Assembly (NCBI GenBank): GCA_032718475.1
Contig: JAUCBJ010005792.1
Span: forward strand, 1 to 64,000
DNA from: Nemertoderma westbladi
Lineage: Eukaryota; Animalia; Xenacoelomorpha
DNA length: 64,000 bases
Direction: 5' to 3'
The notes beneath the pieces were generated by a model. The model did no database searches and was not told where the DNA came from. It saw only the letters and a program-made list of their open reading frames with translations. The translations under genes and the position numbers were made by a program. Within the stretch, counting starts at the first letter, position 1, and the number at the start of each line of letters is the position of its first letter. Below, piece by piece: positions 13,545-26,169 of this stretch.

Positions 13545-14540
13545 ATATTGAAATATTGGCATTAACATTTTGTAGGTCTACCTCCCCCTCCCTGCATCTT
13601 ATTTCAGTTTTAATCTCGATTTTAGCATTATCTAACCCTTCAAAGCTATGTTTAGTAAAAACATTTCATCATAAACCCATGGGAAATGCTTGCACGAGCA
13701 TCTCTCATTTGAGCCTAAGCGCCATTTGGTACGATATCAATAATTGGCCACAAAACTTAACTTTTGGTTAATTATATCTAGAAACTGTTCATTTAATTTG
13801 ATTTTGACTGATTTTAAGGTGCAGAACCCAAAAATCTCATCTGATTTGTATTTTAAAATGATATAGTGCATGATATACAACAATACCATACTGTACTTCA
13901 AAGCATATTAAAAGGATTGATAGATACAGATATATGTGCATCCAGCGACCATAAGAGTACTATATGGGAAGAAACTTTGAACATATGTATTATACATAAT
14001 TAGACAATGCTGATTCCAAATCTGATTTCAGATTTGCCCTACCCCATCAAGTTTTCTCACAATTGCCAATTTGAATTTAAAAAACCTATCGCAAACGATT
14101 ATGATGAGTGATGTAGATTCAAATGAGAATCAAATATGCTCAAAATCAATCAAAAACATTGAATGGAGCTTTGTTTATATGAATTATATATAATTAAACC
14201 ATGATGCTGATTCCAAATCTGCTTTCAGATATGCCATAGCATATCAAGTTTTTTCAAAATTACCAATTTAAGTTAAAATTACTTATCGCGAATAACTGTA
14301 AGGAGAGAAGTTGATACAATAAGAGTCAAATATGCTCAAAATCAATGGCCGATTATTGATATCCAAATGGCGATTAGGTTCAAAATGAGTGATGCTCGTG
14401 CAAGCATTTCCCATGGGTTTGTGATGACATTTTTTTACTAAACTTAGCTTTGAATGGTTAGACAATGCTAAAATCGAGATTAACTGAAATAAGATGCAGG
14501 GAGGTAGACCTACAAAACGTTAATGCCAATATTTCAATAT
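13545..14540. mobile_element. ~1-kb MITE-like element with ~200-bp terminal inverted repeats
   Basis: ATATTGAAATATTGGCATTAAC...CCCATGGGAAATGCTTGCACGAGCATC at the left is mirrored at 14345-14540. Internal direct repeat TGCTGATTCCAAATCTG. Confidence 0.85.
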
Positions 14541-14919
14541 GTCCTTGGCGTAATCAATTGAATGATCGATTGATGAGTTGTGCCGGGCTTAAGATTTTGT
14601 GTGATATCTCAAGAACTATTAGCTTAGCACTTGTTTTGAAGGTATCTACTCCCACTAAATCGATGATTGCGGTTCAAATAAGCCTAAAATTAACTCTGTA
14701 CAACAAATACAGAGGCCTTCATATCAGCAAACTCCATTATATTCTGCGCGCGCGATCAATCGGTGACCAGACGCTCAACTTCAGTGTGTTTGACCTACCT
14801 CTAATATTTGATGTACATGCTTAAAATTTCGCATGGCGTATTTTATGACGAAATGGAAACATTTGAGGGGGTCAGAGATTATAAATTACAACCTTTCAAA
14901 ATAAGGACCACACATTGTA

Positions 14920-15221
14920 TACACGTTCGTGGGGTCTTCGCGCAGCACGAAGTGAGCAATGCCTTTAGCATATGGGCATCATTAACGAGTTGTCTGCCGT
15001 TAGTCAGAAGTCTTCAACACAATACTCGTCCTTCTCTTGTGCATCGTTGCGTTCGTTCGTTTTTGACGACATACATACCAAGTTTCGTTTAATTTCATCA
15101 AGGAATAACCGAGTTATTAGCGTTCAAAAATTTACGACGACGACGACGACGACGACGACAGACAACTCGCCAATGGCACCCATATGCTACGGCTTCGCTC
15201 TCTTCGTGGCTCGCCCCACAT
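14920..15221 (+). mobile_element. Short interspersed element with subterminal inverted repeats and (ACG)n (HINE/DINE-1-like architecture)
   Basis: 5' ACACGTTCGTGGGGTCTTCGCGCAGCACGAAGTGAGC and 3' CCCATATGCT...CTTCGTGGCTCGCCCCACA. Copies at 16123 and 39581, with fragments at 19511, 35080 and 57165. Confidence 0.75.
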
Positions 15222-15830
15222 TGTATAGTTATGTCAGATAGGTAGGGTGGTAGGGGGGGGGGGGGGTCTTTCGACGCAATCGAAATTCATTCCTATCCAG
15301 GGAAAACCTACGCAAAAAACCGGTGATTTGAGTGGTCCCAAAAATAAAACTGGAACCTGTTTCATTGACTTTCGTTTATTGTTTTGGTTAGAATAACGCG
15401 CCACTATAACCTGCTCTTTTCGCTTAAAATTATAATTTAACATTGGGACGAGATATTTATTCACCGAAATGTGATTCGAGACAAATTTTTCCTCCTGTAA
15501 TTATTGTTAAGTACAATAATTAGAAGACGTTGGTAGTTAAAAGTAAATGTCAAGGTATCAAATCAATCAATACAATAAATGCCTCACAACTTGCATTTCT
15601 CAAACATCATACTTAATAAAATTATATATATACAATATACATCATCCTACGCAAAAAAATTATCATCTCAAATATAATTTAATTATCCTAAGTGTAAATT
15701 ACTCTACAACATGCCTAGGCCTACGCTGAAACAATAAAGTAATGTTTCAGCAATAAGTTATCACGTTTGGAGTTGAATTCATACAAAAATTAATTGTATA
15801 TTATGAGTTGTTATCATTAAAACAACTAAC

Positions 15831-16030
15831 TTTGTATCTGAGGATATGTTGATACCGCTGTTGGTATCGATGTAGAACATATCCGACTCGGAGTCTGAGT
15901 CGGGTAGTGGTTCGATCGCTAGTCCCGGAACTACAATGTCGTTAGCGTTCCCTCGAGGAGTCAGCAGAACTGATGACGTCATACTGGGCGCACCGCCATT
16001 CATCACATTGGTAGATATTACTAGACCACC
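15831..16030 (-). CDS. Zinc-finger gene A exon (low-complexity linker)
   Basis: ttccag|GGT GGT (phase 0) to AA|gttagt (phase 2). Encodes GGLVISTNV...SSDTK and is phase-compatible with both neighbouring exons. Confidence 0.8.
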
Positions 16031-16122
16031 CTGGAACAATAAAGGTAAATAGTAGACTGAAGTTCCAGACAGCTGCGGCGGATAATGTGTGCGGATGGAG
16101 AAAATAGTAACCCAAGTAGTAT

Positions 16123-16321
16123 AACACGTTCGTGGGGTCTTCGCGCAGCACGAAGTGAGCAAAGTTTACAAAGAGAAAAATGTGAGTGAGCAAAGAGTGA
16201 GCAAAAAGTGAGCAAAGAGAAAAATTTACGACGACATACGACGACGACAGACGACGACAGACAACTCGCCAATGGCACCCATATGCTAAGGCTTCGCTCA
16301 CTTCGTGAGTGAGCCCCACAT
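16123..16321 (+). mobile_element. Second, internally shorter copy of the HINE-like element
   Basis: Same 5' and 3' ends and (ACG)n tract as 14920-15221. Confidence 0.75.
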
Positions 16322-16422
16322 GTAACATTAATGTACAAAGTAGCAGAAGGAAGAAGCTTAGCTTATTGTTAAAATGCTGTATGGAATATATTATAACTTT
16401 TTGTTGGGCACAGCTTTGCAAA

Positions 16423-16507
16423 GTCGGCAATGACGTCCAGGTGGGATCGAACTGGTGACCTCCGGGTTGGAAATCTGACGCTCTAACCATTCATCTAGCG
16501 GCTCAGG
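16423..16507 (-). mobile_element. tRNA-derived SINE head
   Basis: Minus strand AATGGTTAGAGCG (A-box-like) and AGTTCGATCCC (B-box). No proper acceptor stem. Partial inverted copy at 16640-16684. Confidence 0.6.
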
Positions 16508-16780
16508 TAAAAGGTAGACCTGAAAATACTAATAGACTTGTATGTCCGCAATTTACCTACTCGTGGCCTCCCATCGGTCAATACCATCATATGCTGCCAC
16601 TCTGCTCAACCCTACTATACTTGGCCGTCTTTAACTTCCACCCGGAGGTCACCAATTCGATCCCACCTGGACGTCATTGCCGACGTTGGATTGCGGAACT
16701 TGCTTGACATTTAATAAATAATAAAATCATAAATTAATAACATACATTAATCGTATACGAAAGTAAAGTACAGTGCTTAC

Positions 16781-17724
16781 CGCATTATATACATTCTCAA
16801 CAGGCTTAGCAACCTCTTTATCAAGGAGATCCTCTGTAGCCGCCTCCAGTGTATCCTCGCTGGTGTTGGTCTCGTTCTCTCCAAAGTCGTCCAGATCGTG
16901 TTCCGACCCTCCATCCTCATCCTCTTCAACTTCAAGCTTCGCTATCAACTTCTGACTTATCGATTCGATGGTTTTCAAACCGTCTTTCGCTTTCCGTTTT
17001 CGCGTGAGACGCAGTTTTAGGTCGAGCTTATCGTCGGATGGGAGACTGTCGGTGTTGGACGCACACCAGAAGGAAGAATCGCCGGAAATTACGTCACCAG
17101 AACCCTGGCATGAGTGGTCGCCACCCTGCTGCTCGCCTAGCAGGTTGGAATCGATCTTCACTATGCCGGGTCTGATCCGATCCTGGATGATGATGCGAGG
17201 AGGGGAAGAGAAACCCACAGAGTTCACTTGGAAATTGGATTGAGATTGTTTGGTTAACAGATGGGGCGGTGTCTGATTGGTTAACAGATGGGGCGGTGTC
17301 TGATTGGTTAGTAGATGGGATGGAGACTGATTGGTTAATATTTGGGATGGGGTCAGATTGGTAAGTAGATGGTTCGGAGTCTGATTGGCTTGTAGATGGG
17401 GAGGATTTTGATTGGTTATTAGGTGGGCTGGAAGTATGTTGCGTGGGAGGATGTATTGACTGGTGGGCGGGGTTCGATCGTTCGTTTGGGATTGTCGTCG
17501 TAGTTGGCGGAGTATTGGGGAGGGTTTCTCGGTCTCGTGCCGGGTTATAACGGCGCATTCCTGTTTTAATTGACGATATATAATAGCGGGTTGCACTGGG
17601 TTGCTGTGCGTAGCAACCGGAACAAAAGGTTGATGTTGTTGTGTCGTTGCTATGATATCTTTTACAAGTGAGATGGGCTGGTTTGTGTTAAACGGTTCCG
17701 AATGATAACTCACCGTATCACCTC
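16781..17724 (-). CDS. Zinc-finger gene A, large exon (Q/P/T-rich with LLTNQTPPH repeats, basic motif, acidic tract)
   Basis: atttag|GA GGT (phase 1) to GCG|gtaagc (phase 0). Open frame of about 315 codons with RKRKAK and EEDEDGG. Confidence 0.88.
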
Positions 17725-18732
17725 CTAAATAATATAAAAATGAAGATGAGTCATGTACTTACATACTAGTCGGATATGCGGGCGTTACATCATAAGTATA
17801 TAGAAAGTGGAGCTTACTCAGAGGGTTTTACAACTTTGAAGGAAATTTATTCTCTGAAATTTGACACATTTGTAGCTTTCGTTATTCTAAGAATTTGGCA
17901 TGGTGTTGTTTTTTAAATTTCGTGGCCCGACCTTCGAAATATGGCGTCCAAATATTGATTTTGTCTCTTATTTCTGTGCCGTTGTGCCGACTTTGCGGTG
18001 TTGTGCGAGGAAACATTTTTCAAATTTAATTAAAAATTTCGTGCGGCGAATTTGGCCATTGTGGCCACATTTTTATTTTATCAAAAAAATTACTCCAATG
18101 GTGAAGTTATTATCTAGTTTAGTCTCTATCTCCAAAGTAGTTTGGCCATTTGGATTGACACTCATACCGAATACATATCCAATACAGTGGTGCATCGGGT
18201 GAAAATATTGGCTGAAAATATTGAACAATCTGCCAATAATTCAACTTTTGCCAATTTTGGACCAAATATAGACATTTTTGAGAGTTTTTTTAATCATTGT
18301 AACTATGTTTCTGTTCATTAGATCGATACCGTTCGACTTGCGCTTTATAGAGGGAAGGCCAAAAGTTCCAAAATGGCAAATTAAGGCCAATTAGCCCTTC
18401 GGGCCAAATTGGCTTTAATTGGCCAAATATAGGGTTGAAAACCAGGTTTCCAGTTAGGTTTAGGGTTGAAGACACTTTTGCAAATAATTTGTTGAAGGCC
18501 GAAAATATGGTAATTTGTGAAAGTTATAGAAAAGGCTTTTGTAAAAAGTGTTTTTCTCCAAATTGTATCATTCAATATTTCTGAAACATAAAAAAAATCT
18601 TTTTAGAGCTAAGAGAGGGCCTCACTTTGTCAATTGAATGTTAGTTTAATACTTTGATTGCTTCTTCTATTAAATAAGGGTCAAACTTATGAAAACTGTA
18701 ATATTTGCAAATTTTTCCCAAAATTGGGCCTG

Positions 18733-18910
<178 letters not shown>

Positions 18911-19859
18911 TTAATTTCCAAGTGTTTCACCCACCACCAGTTTATTGCACTACAATAATAATATTATAATTATAGACGTGGCCAATGTGTATGATGGATG
19001 ATAGAACGATGAAATGGTGGCAACACAGAAGCCAGAGCTAGAAGGTTGTTGCCTCTAGGGTGTTACGTGTTAGTAGTGATTATTGCTTTGGTTATATTCA
19101 GCCATTCTGTAAACCTGGGTTTTTAGAAAAAAACCTGGTATTATTCACATGCGGGGGTAAACAAACTGCAAAGTGAAATATAAAGCAGAAAGTCTTTAAA
19201 CACAACGTCTATTATAAAATAAATGTTTGCAGACAGCCGTTTCACTTTAAACACAACGTCTATTATAAAATAAATGTTTGCAGACAGCCGTTTCACCCTC
19301 ACAAGAATCTTCAGGATTTTAATATTAAATAAATATATTATATAAATAAATATCATTGATTTTTATCCTTACTCTCTACATTCAACCCGTCCTTCATTTA
19401 TTTTTATTTTTAATGAGCAATATTCAATTTGGTGCCCCAGCAAAGCCTCCTGTAGCGTTGCTATTATATTTGGAGATCCGGACCTTGACATGCAGACCCT
19501 TAGATTTCGCGAAGGGTCCGCCAACTTCGTGGCTCGCCCCACATACTGACATGCGGACTCTTATGTACCTTCAGTACTGCCGTGCAATTATGTGCTATCT
19601 TGGATTTGCCTTTTTTTTATTTTATTCTGCAATTTGAATTCCGCTGGCCAGCACTCCTCAAATACTCTAAATATTTTATTTGACTTTTTATTATTTTTTC
19701 TACCGTAACGGACCACCATTGTCCGGTTACAGGTTACAGAGACGGCGAAGGTTGCTCGCGGGCGAAGGTTGCCCATTTTGAGGGCGAAGTTTGCTACGTA
19801 CCTTCACTACTACTACTACTACTACTAACGGAAACAACAACTAATAATAAAAAAATAAA

Positions 19860-19980
19860 ACTATAACCTGTTCTACTGACTTTAGTTTAAGGTTTTGGTT
19901 AGAATAACATGCCACTATAACCTGCTCCCTTCCCTTAATTCATAATTTAACATTGAGACGAAATATTAATTCTTGAGATT
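19860..19980. mobile_element. Terminus of a dispersed DNA-transposon family abutting TTAA (Kolobok-like)
   Basis: GCCACTATAACCTGCTCCCTTCCCT-TAA. Related copies at 7262, 15400 and, inverted, 53841. Confidence 0.5.
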
Positions 19981-20230
19981 TGCGTTTGAAGTTTCTCCTT
20001 GTCTCCCTGGACAATTAATAGGCCTAAAGCTATCTATATTGTTTGGTGTATTAATTATTATATTTTTTACAAAATAATGACACATCAAGTTTGTTCTATT
20101 CAAATAGGTCTTAGCTCTTTAGTCTTAGTGTGCCGTTTACCTACCATACACAACACACCCACCCGTTTTTGAGTGTGTTCTAAAAATTCATTTAAATTCC
20201 AATGTGTTCCATATATAAGGAGTGCGTGTA

Positions 20231-21360
20231 GCATGTGTGTGTGTGTGGTGGGGGTCCGCATATTGGAGATATACTAACTGCATTTAATATACGGGAGCAT
20301 GTGTGTGTGTGTGTGGTGGGGGTCCGCATATTGGAGATATACTAACTGCATTTAATATACGGGAGCATGTGTGTGTGTGTGTGGTGGGGGTCCGCATATT
20401 GGAGATATACTAACTGCATTTAATATACGGGAGCATGTGTGTGTGTGGTGGGGGTCCGCATATTGGAGATATACTAACTGCATTTAATATACGGGAGCAT
20501 GTGTGTGTGTGTGGTGGGGGTCCGCATATTGGAGATATACTAACTGCATTTAATATACGGGAGCATGTGTGTGTGTGTGGTGGGGGTCCGCATATTGGAG
20601 ATATACTAACTGCATTTAATATACGGGAGCATGTGTGTGTGTGTGGTGGGGGTCCGCATATTGGAGATATACTAACTGCATTTAATATACGAGAGCATGT
20701 GTGTGTGTGTGGTGGGGGTCCGCATATTGGAGATATACTAACTGCATTTAATATACGGGAGCATGTGTGTGTGTGTGGTGGGGGTCCGCATATTGGAGAT
20801 ATACTAACTGCATTTAATATACGGGAGCATGTGTGTGTGTGTGGTGGGGGTCCGCATATTGGAGATATACTAACTGCATTTAATATACGGGAGCATGTGT
20901 GTGTGTGTGGTGGGGGTCCGCATATTGGAGATATACTAACTGCATTTAATATACGGGAGCATGTGTGTGTGTGTGGTGGGGGTCCGCATATTGGAGATAT
21001 ACTAACTGCATTTAATATACGGGAGCATGTGTGTGTGTGTGGTGGGGGTCCGCATATTGGAGATATACTAACTGGAACTGCATTTAATATACGGGAGCAT
21101 GTGTGTGTGTGTGGTGGGGGTCCGCATATTGGAGATATACTAACTGCATTTAATATACGGGAGCATGTGTGTGTGTGTGGTGGGGGTCCGCATATTGGAG
21201 ATATACTAACTGCATTTAATATACGGGAGCATGTGTGTGTGTGTGGTGGGGGTCCGCATATTGGAGATATACTAACTGCATTTAATATACGGGAGCATGT
21301 GTGTGTGTGTGGTGGGGGTCCGCATATTGGAGATATACTAACTGCATTTAATATACGGGA
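20231..21360. repeat. 66-bp minisatellite (~17 nearly identical copies) containing (GT)n
   Basis: Unit GCAT(GT)6GGTGGGGGTCCGCATATTGGAGATATACTAACTGCATTTAATATACGGGA. Confidence 0.97.
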
Positions 21361-21437
21361 GGAATTAACAGTAAGGATTGCATAGAGCAGGTAGAGCCAT
21401 TATTTAAACGCAGGTAAGGTGCACTATTCTCTGCGGT

Positions 21438-21736
21438 GTTTCCTAGGCAACTGAGATTACATGAGAAAACTTATGAACAATCTGCAACCCGCCCCTGTTT
21501 GTTACACAAGCAACTGGTGAACATCCAACTGAACTAACAACTCATCTCAGTCATCCAATCAATATCCAATCCTGTACAGATTTCACTCGCATTACCATGG
21601 TAACGTGCAGAAGCCTGATTAAGCATGAGGTACCTTTTTACATGGGTAACTTTTAAATATTATCTCAGCTTTGTATGGAAGCAACCTATCTCTACCTGTT
21701 GATACCATCAACAGGAACAGCAGTTACCCAGGCAAC
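21438..21736. promoter_or_regulatory. Cluster of RFX X-box-like motifs
   Basis: GTTTCCTAGGCAAC (21438), GTTACACAAGCAAC (21501), ATTACCATGGTAAC (21591), GTTACCCAGGCAAC (21723). Confidence 0.55.
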
Positions 21737-22396
21737 CCGCAACGAACAATAGCAAATGGTGGGGCTCATTGCGGCGGTTGAGTAATGATAACGCGCCTAG
21801 CATTGGTAGTAGAAACCGGCACTATTATAGGGAAGCAATATTCGGCCATTACGTGTGCAGGTTGGCCTGTTAGTAGTAGCTTGGCAATATAGTGGGTAGT
21901 ATAGAGCAAAGCACAAGGCAGCTCATAGTAGGTGAACTTTATTGGCTACTACTATGGCAATGTGTGCTAAAAACACAGCAATAAAGATGAAATGCACTAT
22001 TTTAAACAATTTATTACATGTTGTAAAATCTGCAAATATGACAATATAAAACTTACATAAATATGACAACAATAATATAATTCTAGCCCCCCCCCCACTC
22101 CCACCCGCACCCAAAATTATTAATACAATTAATTTTAATTTTGATGAAATTTCAGTATCAATTAAAATTAACGGGGGGGGGGGGGGGGGGGGGGGGTTGC
22201 TATTGGCCAAACCCCATCTATGCTGATCAACTATCTTAAATTCGTAACTCCAGCGGGTAACTTTGGCTTCCGCTGGGCGAGTAAGAAAATTAAATGAAAA
22301 GTTAGTTAGTTGGAGGGACTGGGACTGGGACCACCTGTCTTACAGTTACAGGTATAACAGGTAACAGCCAAGAGAGTTATTAAGTGGGATACTTAC

Positions 22397-22582
22397 GGTA
22401 TCGATTGTTAGTCACGAGTTCCCGTAGACTCGTTGTCCATCTTTCTGTATCTCGGAGATTACAATGTTTCACAACATACTCATCGAGGAATCCACTGTTG
22501 TCAAGGAGATAGTCTTCCACAAAGTCGTGAAGGAACTCCGAATTTAATTGAGTTAGAGTGTTGAACGTCGAATAATCAATAA
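22397..22582 (-). CDS. Zinc-finger gene A, most 5' identifiable exon (PDE10A N-terminal-like helix)
   Basis: ttgcag|TT ATT (phase 1) to TAC C|gtaagt (phase 1). Encodes IDYSTFNTLTQLNSEFLHDFVEDYLLDNSGFLDEYVVKHCNLRDTERWTTSLRELVTNNRY. The start exon is unresolved. Confidence 0.78.
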
Positions 22583-22979
22583 CTGCAATGTACGCATTTA
22601 TAAAACGATATAAAATCAGCTTTTCTATTACAGAAATATGGATATAATATAATTACATAACACGGAAAAAGATTTAACAATATCCAAATCAATAACCTAA
22701 CATATCAAACTAACCAAAAGGTTTCCGTTCTTTCTGTTCCAGCACCATCGCATTTCACTGTAGTTGGGCAAACAATAGAGATATATTTAGTAAGTCATAA
22801 ATAATACCAAACAGTTAAATAGAAAAGTATTTAACAATTACTGTAAAAAATCGAATAACCTTGTCACATCAAAACAATTAAGGGGAGGTTAAAAAAAGTT
22901 CAATCTATCAAACAGAAAAGGTCATGTTAATTCTGTAAGTTTATAAGAAAAATATTAAATTGTAAACATTATTGTGATT

Positions 22980-23130
22980 ATTTAGTGTTATAGACTTACA
23001 CTAGAACACTGCACTGCACATAAATAACATTTAGTGTTATAGACTTACACTAGAACACTGCACTGCACATAAATAACATTTAGTGTTATAGATAGACTTA
23101 CACTAGAACACTGCACTGCACATAAATAAC
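22980..23130. repeat. 49-bp tandem repeat, 3 copies
   Basis: ATTTAGTGTTATAGACTTACACTAGAACACTGCACTGCACATAAATAAC. Confidence 0.92.
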
Positions 23131-23562
23131 AAAGTCATTGTGTTTCCTTTTATAAGTTTTATTCTCACAACCTTTATAAGAAACATTACAAATATTATTT
23201 AATTATTATTTTAAAGTTTATTTATTTATTAACATTAACAAAATACATCTGACAGTATTGAAATAAAAATAGAATCGTATATTAGTAAAACCAATACTTT
23301 AACAAATATTGAATTTTATAATTATTAGCTCAATAAAGTAATTGTGATAGCAAGCCTATTAGTCAGTCAACCTTAGTAACCAAACCAAGCCACTATGTCA
23401 TATACAATATACAACATAGCTCCCGGCAAGAATAATATTAATATTGCAATATCTGAATGGACATTTTCAATGTCAATATGCAATATAATAAGAGGTTATG
23501 ACGTAGCTTTAATACATTACAAATAATATTGAAATATAATTATATTGAGTTCTACGTATGTA

Positions 23563-24090
23563 AAAAACGGTTACAATAAGGTTGATATTAAATATAAAAA
23601 CGGTTACAATAAGGTTGATATTAAATATAAAAACGGTTACAATAAGGTTGATATTAAATATAAAAACGGTTACAATAAGGTTGATATTAAATATAAAAAC
23701 GGTTACAATAAGGTTGATATTAAATATAAAAACGGTTACAATAAGGTTGATATTAAATATAAAAACGGTTACAATAAGGTTGATATTAAATATAAAAACG
23801 GTTACAATAAGGTTGATATTAAATATAAAAACGGTTACAATAAGGTTGATATTAAATATAAAAACGGTTACAATAAGGTTGATATTAAATATAAAAACGG
23901 TTACAATAAGGTTGATATTAAATATAAAAACGGTTACAATAAGGTTGATATTAAATATAAAAACGGTTACAATAAGGTTGATATTAAATATAAAAACGGT
24001 TACAATAAGGTTGATATTAAATATAAAAACGGTTACAATAAGGTTGATATTAAATATAAAAACGGTTACAATAAGGTTGATATTAAATAT
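23563..24090. repeat. Perfect 33-bp minisatellite (~16 copies)
   Basis: AAAAACGGTTACAATAAGGTTGATATTAAATAT. Confidence 0.98.
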
Positions 24091-24659
24091 TATCTCTTTA
24101 CTTAGCGAATATTGCAGCTACATTTATTGGTTAGAAGCCACGGCTGCCTAGGTAACCTACTTCCATTAAAGTTGCTTTAGCTGCGACACCTAGAGCTCGT
24201 TTTCGGAACTCGAAATAGAGGCAATACCAAACCGCTCTGTTATATTTAATTGATACCTGGTTCTGGTTCTTAAAGTGTGCAGAGATATACCACAGTGCGC
24301 CTCCACTCTCAAAACTGCATGTAATATATACCGTTTTACTTTTGGCTGTTATTTTAAGTATAATTTAAATAACCATCGCACCACCCCCCAATATTACAAG
24401 TTTTAATTTATCGATTTTAATTATATTTTTAGTTACTTAAATTTATTATATATTTATGGTTTGTTCTAATATCACGCTCACTCTATCTCTATCGCGCCAC
24501 CACCCCCGCTATACAACTCGTATTATACAGGATTACTTTTTTCATTGTATATATTTGACCTATCCTACGTGGTTTTAATTTATCGATTTTTAAGTTTTAT
24601 TGTACCGTCAACTGGGTTTATATACCATTAATGTTTAGAATGTGTTTTAATATCATGCT

Positions 24660-25070
24660 GTCTGATTGTCTGATGGCGTCTGCAGACGCGTCTGTGGGCA
24701 TCTGTGTCAGACGTCTTCAGATGTCTGGCAGATCTGACATCTGTAGCTCGTCTGACAGATCTGTCAGACGTCTGAGACAGACGTGTCACAGACTTTTCCA
24801 GTTTCCTGCAAGTCTGTGACAGACGTAAAGACGTCTGAGACAGACGTAAAGACGTCTGAGACAGACGTCTTTACGTCTGTCACAGACGTCTTTACGTCTG
24901 TCACAGACGTCTTTACGTCTGTCGCAGACGTCTTTACGTCTGTCACAGACGTCTTTACGTCTGTCACAGACGTCTTTACGTCTGTCACAGACGTCTTTAC
25001 GTCTGTCTCAGACGTCTTTACGTCTGTCTCAGACGTCTTTACGTCTGTCACAGACGTCTTTACGTCTGTT
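24660..25070. repeat. 21-bp AGACGTCT-based repeat in both orientations (probable MITE relic)
   Basis: AGACGTCTTTACGTCTGTCAC about 10 times at 24863-25070, inverted units at 24812-24868, degenerate units to the left. Confidence 0.85.
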
Positions 25071-25351
25071 CACGCTTTTAAAACGGTTTAACTTTTCTTT
25101 TTTTACGTCTGACATCAGATGCCAAGGCAATATATTGAATGTTTCATTCGTATCATATCAAGCAAGACATATGAGATGGTAATGTTACTGAATAGGAAAC
25201 TTTCGGATCCGTAGTTGTGGGGGAGGGGGGGGGGGGGGGGGTATTTTTTAACCCTATTTGGCCAGGGGGTGTCATTTTAGAATTTTTTTCTAAAGAAAAA
25301 TTATTGCTACCACCTATTCCACCTATTTGAGTAATTTTTGTGAAAAACAGA

Positions 25352-25470
25352 GATTCCAAATCCTGGACAGACTATTTAATTAACGCTGCCCATGCCTTCC
25401 CCTTACGTCATCTGACTTCCGGAACCATGATCCCAAGTACTGTAGCAGAAGTCATCCACATGCTCAAGCA
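25352..25470 (-). mobile_element. Short RTE LINE fragment
   Basis: Reverse complement matches 52170-52290 (CTTGAGCATGTGGATGACTTCTG...CCAGGATTTGGAA). Confidence 0.8.
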
Positions 25471-26169
25471 AGCAATTTTATTGAAATTTATTATTAAGTA
25501 TGACATGGTAATTTTATCAAGGGCACGAGTTTAGGTACACCAAACACCAGATTACGGCATTAGAAACTGATAAGAATTTAATGAATCAAATGTATTTTCA
25601 AAACAGGGAGGGCTAGGCAGGCTTACTGTACAGTATGTCGACATTGTACAGTACATTGAAATGCAATCAAATAATAATATCCGAACAGAGAATAAACAAA
25701 TAACTAAACCATTTATTGTCTACACATATCGATTCGCATATCAATAAACCTATGAACTTAAGAGAAAGAGCAGTATTTATTCGATGTTGAATATAATTAA
25801 CCTTTGTGTCTTGTAAAGCCCCATCTGCAGCAATTAAATTACCACGACATACAGAGTTGTGTAGACGATGAATCTCACATATTTATATTTATTTATTTAA
25901 ATTTAAATACAATTTTAATTTTACATCCGCACATCTGTATCAAATTTCATTGAAATCGAAACAAGTTGAGTTTTGGAAAATTGAAGTTTTCAGTTTTTAA
26001 TTTGTTTTTTAATTTTAGCCACAGATTACTTGAAAATATAGTAGATAGGTACATTTTGGTGCGTTGAGTCCGAATATTCGCTCGATTTTCAATTTCTCAG
26101 CAATATGACAGCCTATAAATTGCATTTTTGTTGGGAACTTATCGCCCCCCAGTTCTGAGGTTTTAGGAA

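Noticed and set aside
20435-21385. 316-aa HVCVCGGGPH repeat ORF, and similar ORFs at 23545, 24764, 26293, 27813 and 45402/45482
   Set aside because: Stop-free readings of minisatellites in introns or repeats, with no splice or start support.
24100-25830. Candidate upstream exons of gene A (about 25802-25829, 24258-24345, 24157-24235)
   Set aside because: Several mutually exclusive phase-compatible chains with weak donors exist. They cannot be chosen without transcript data.
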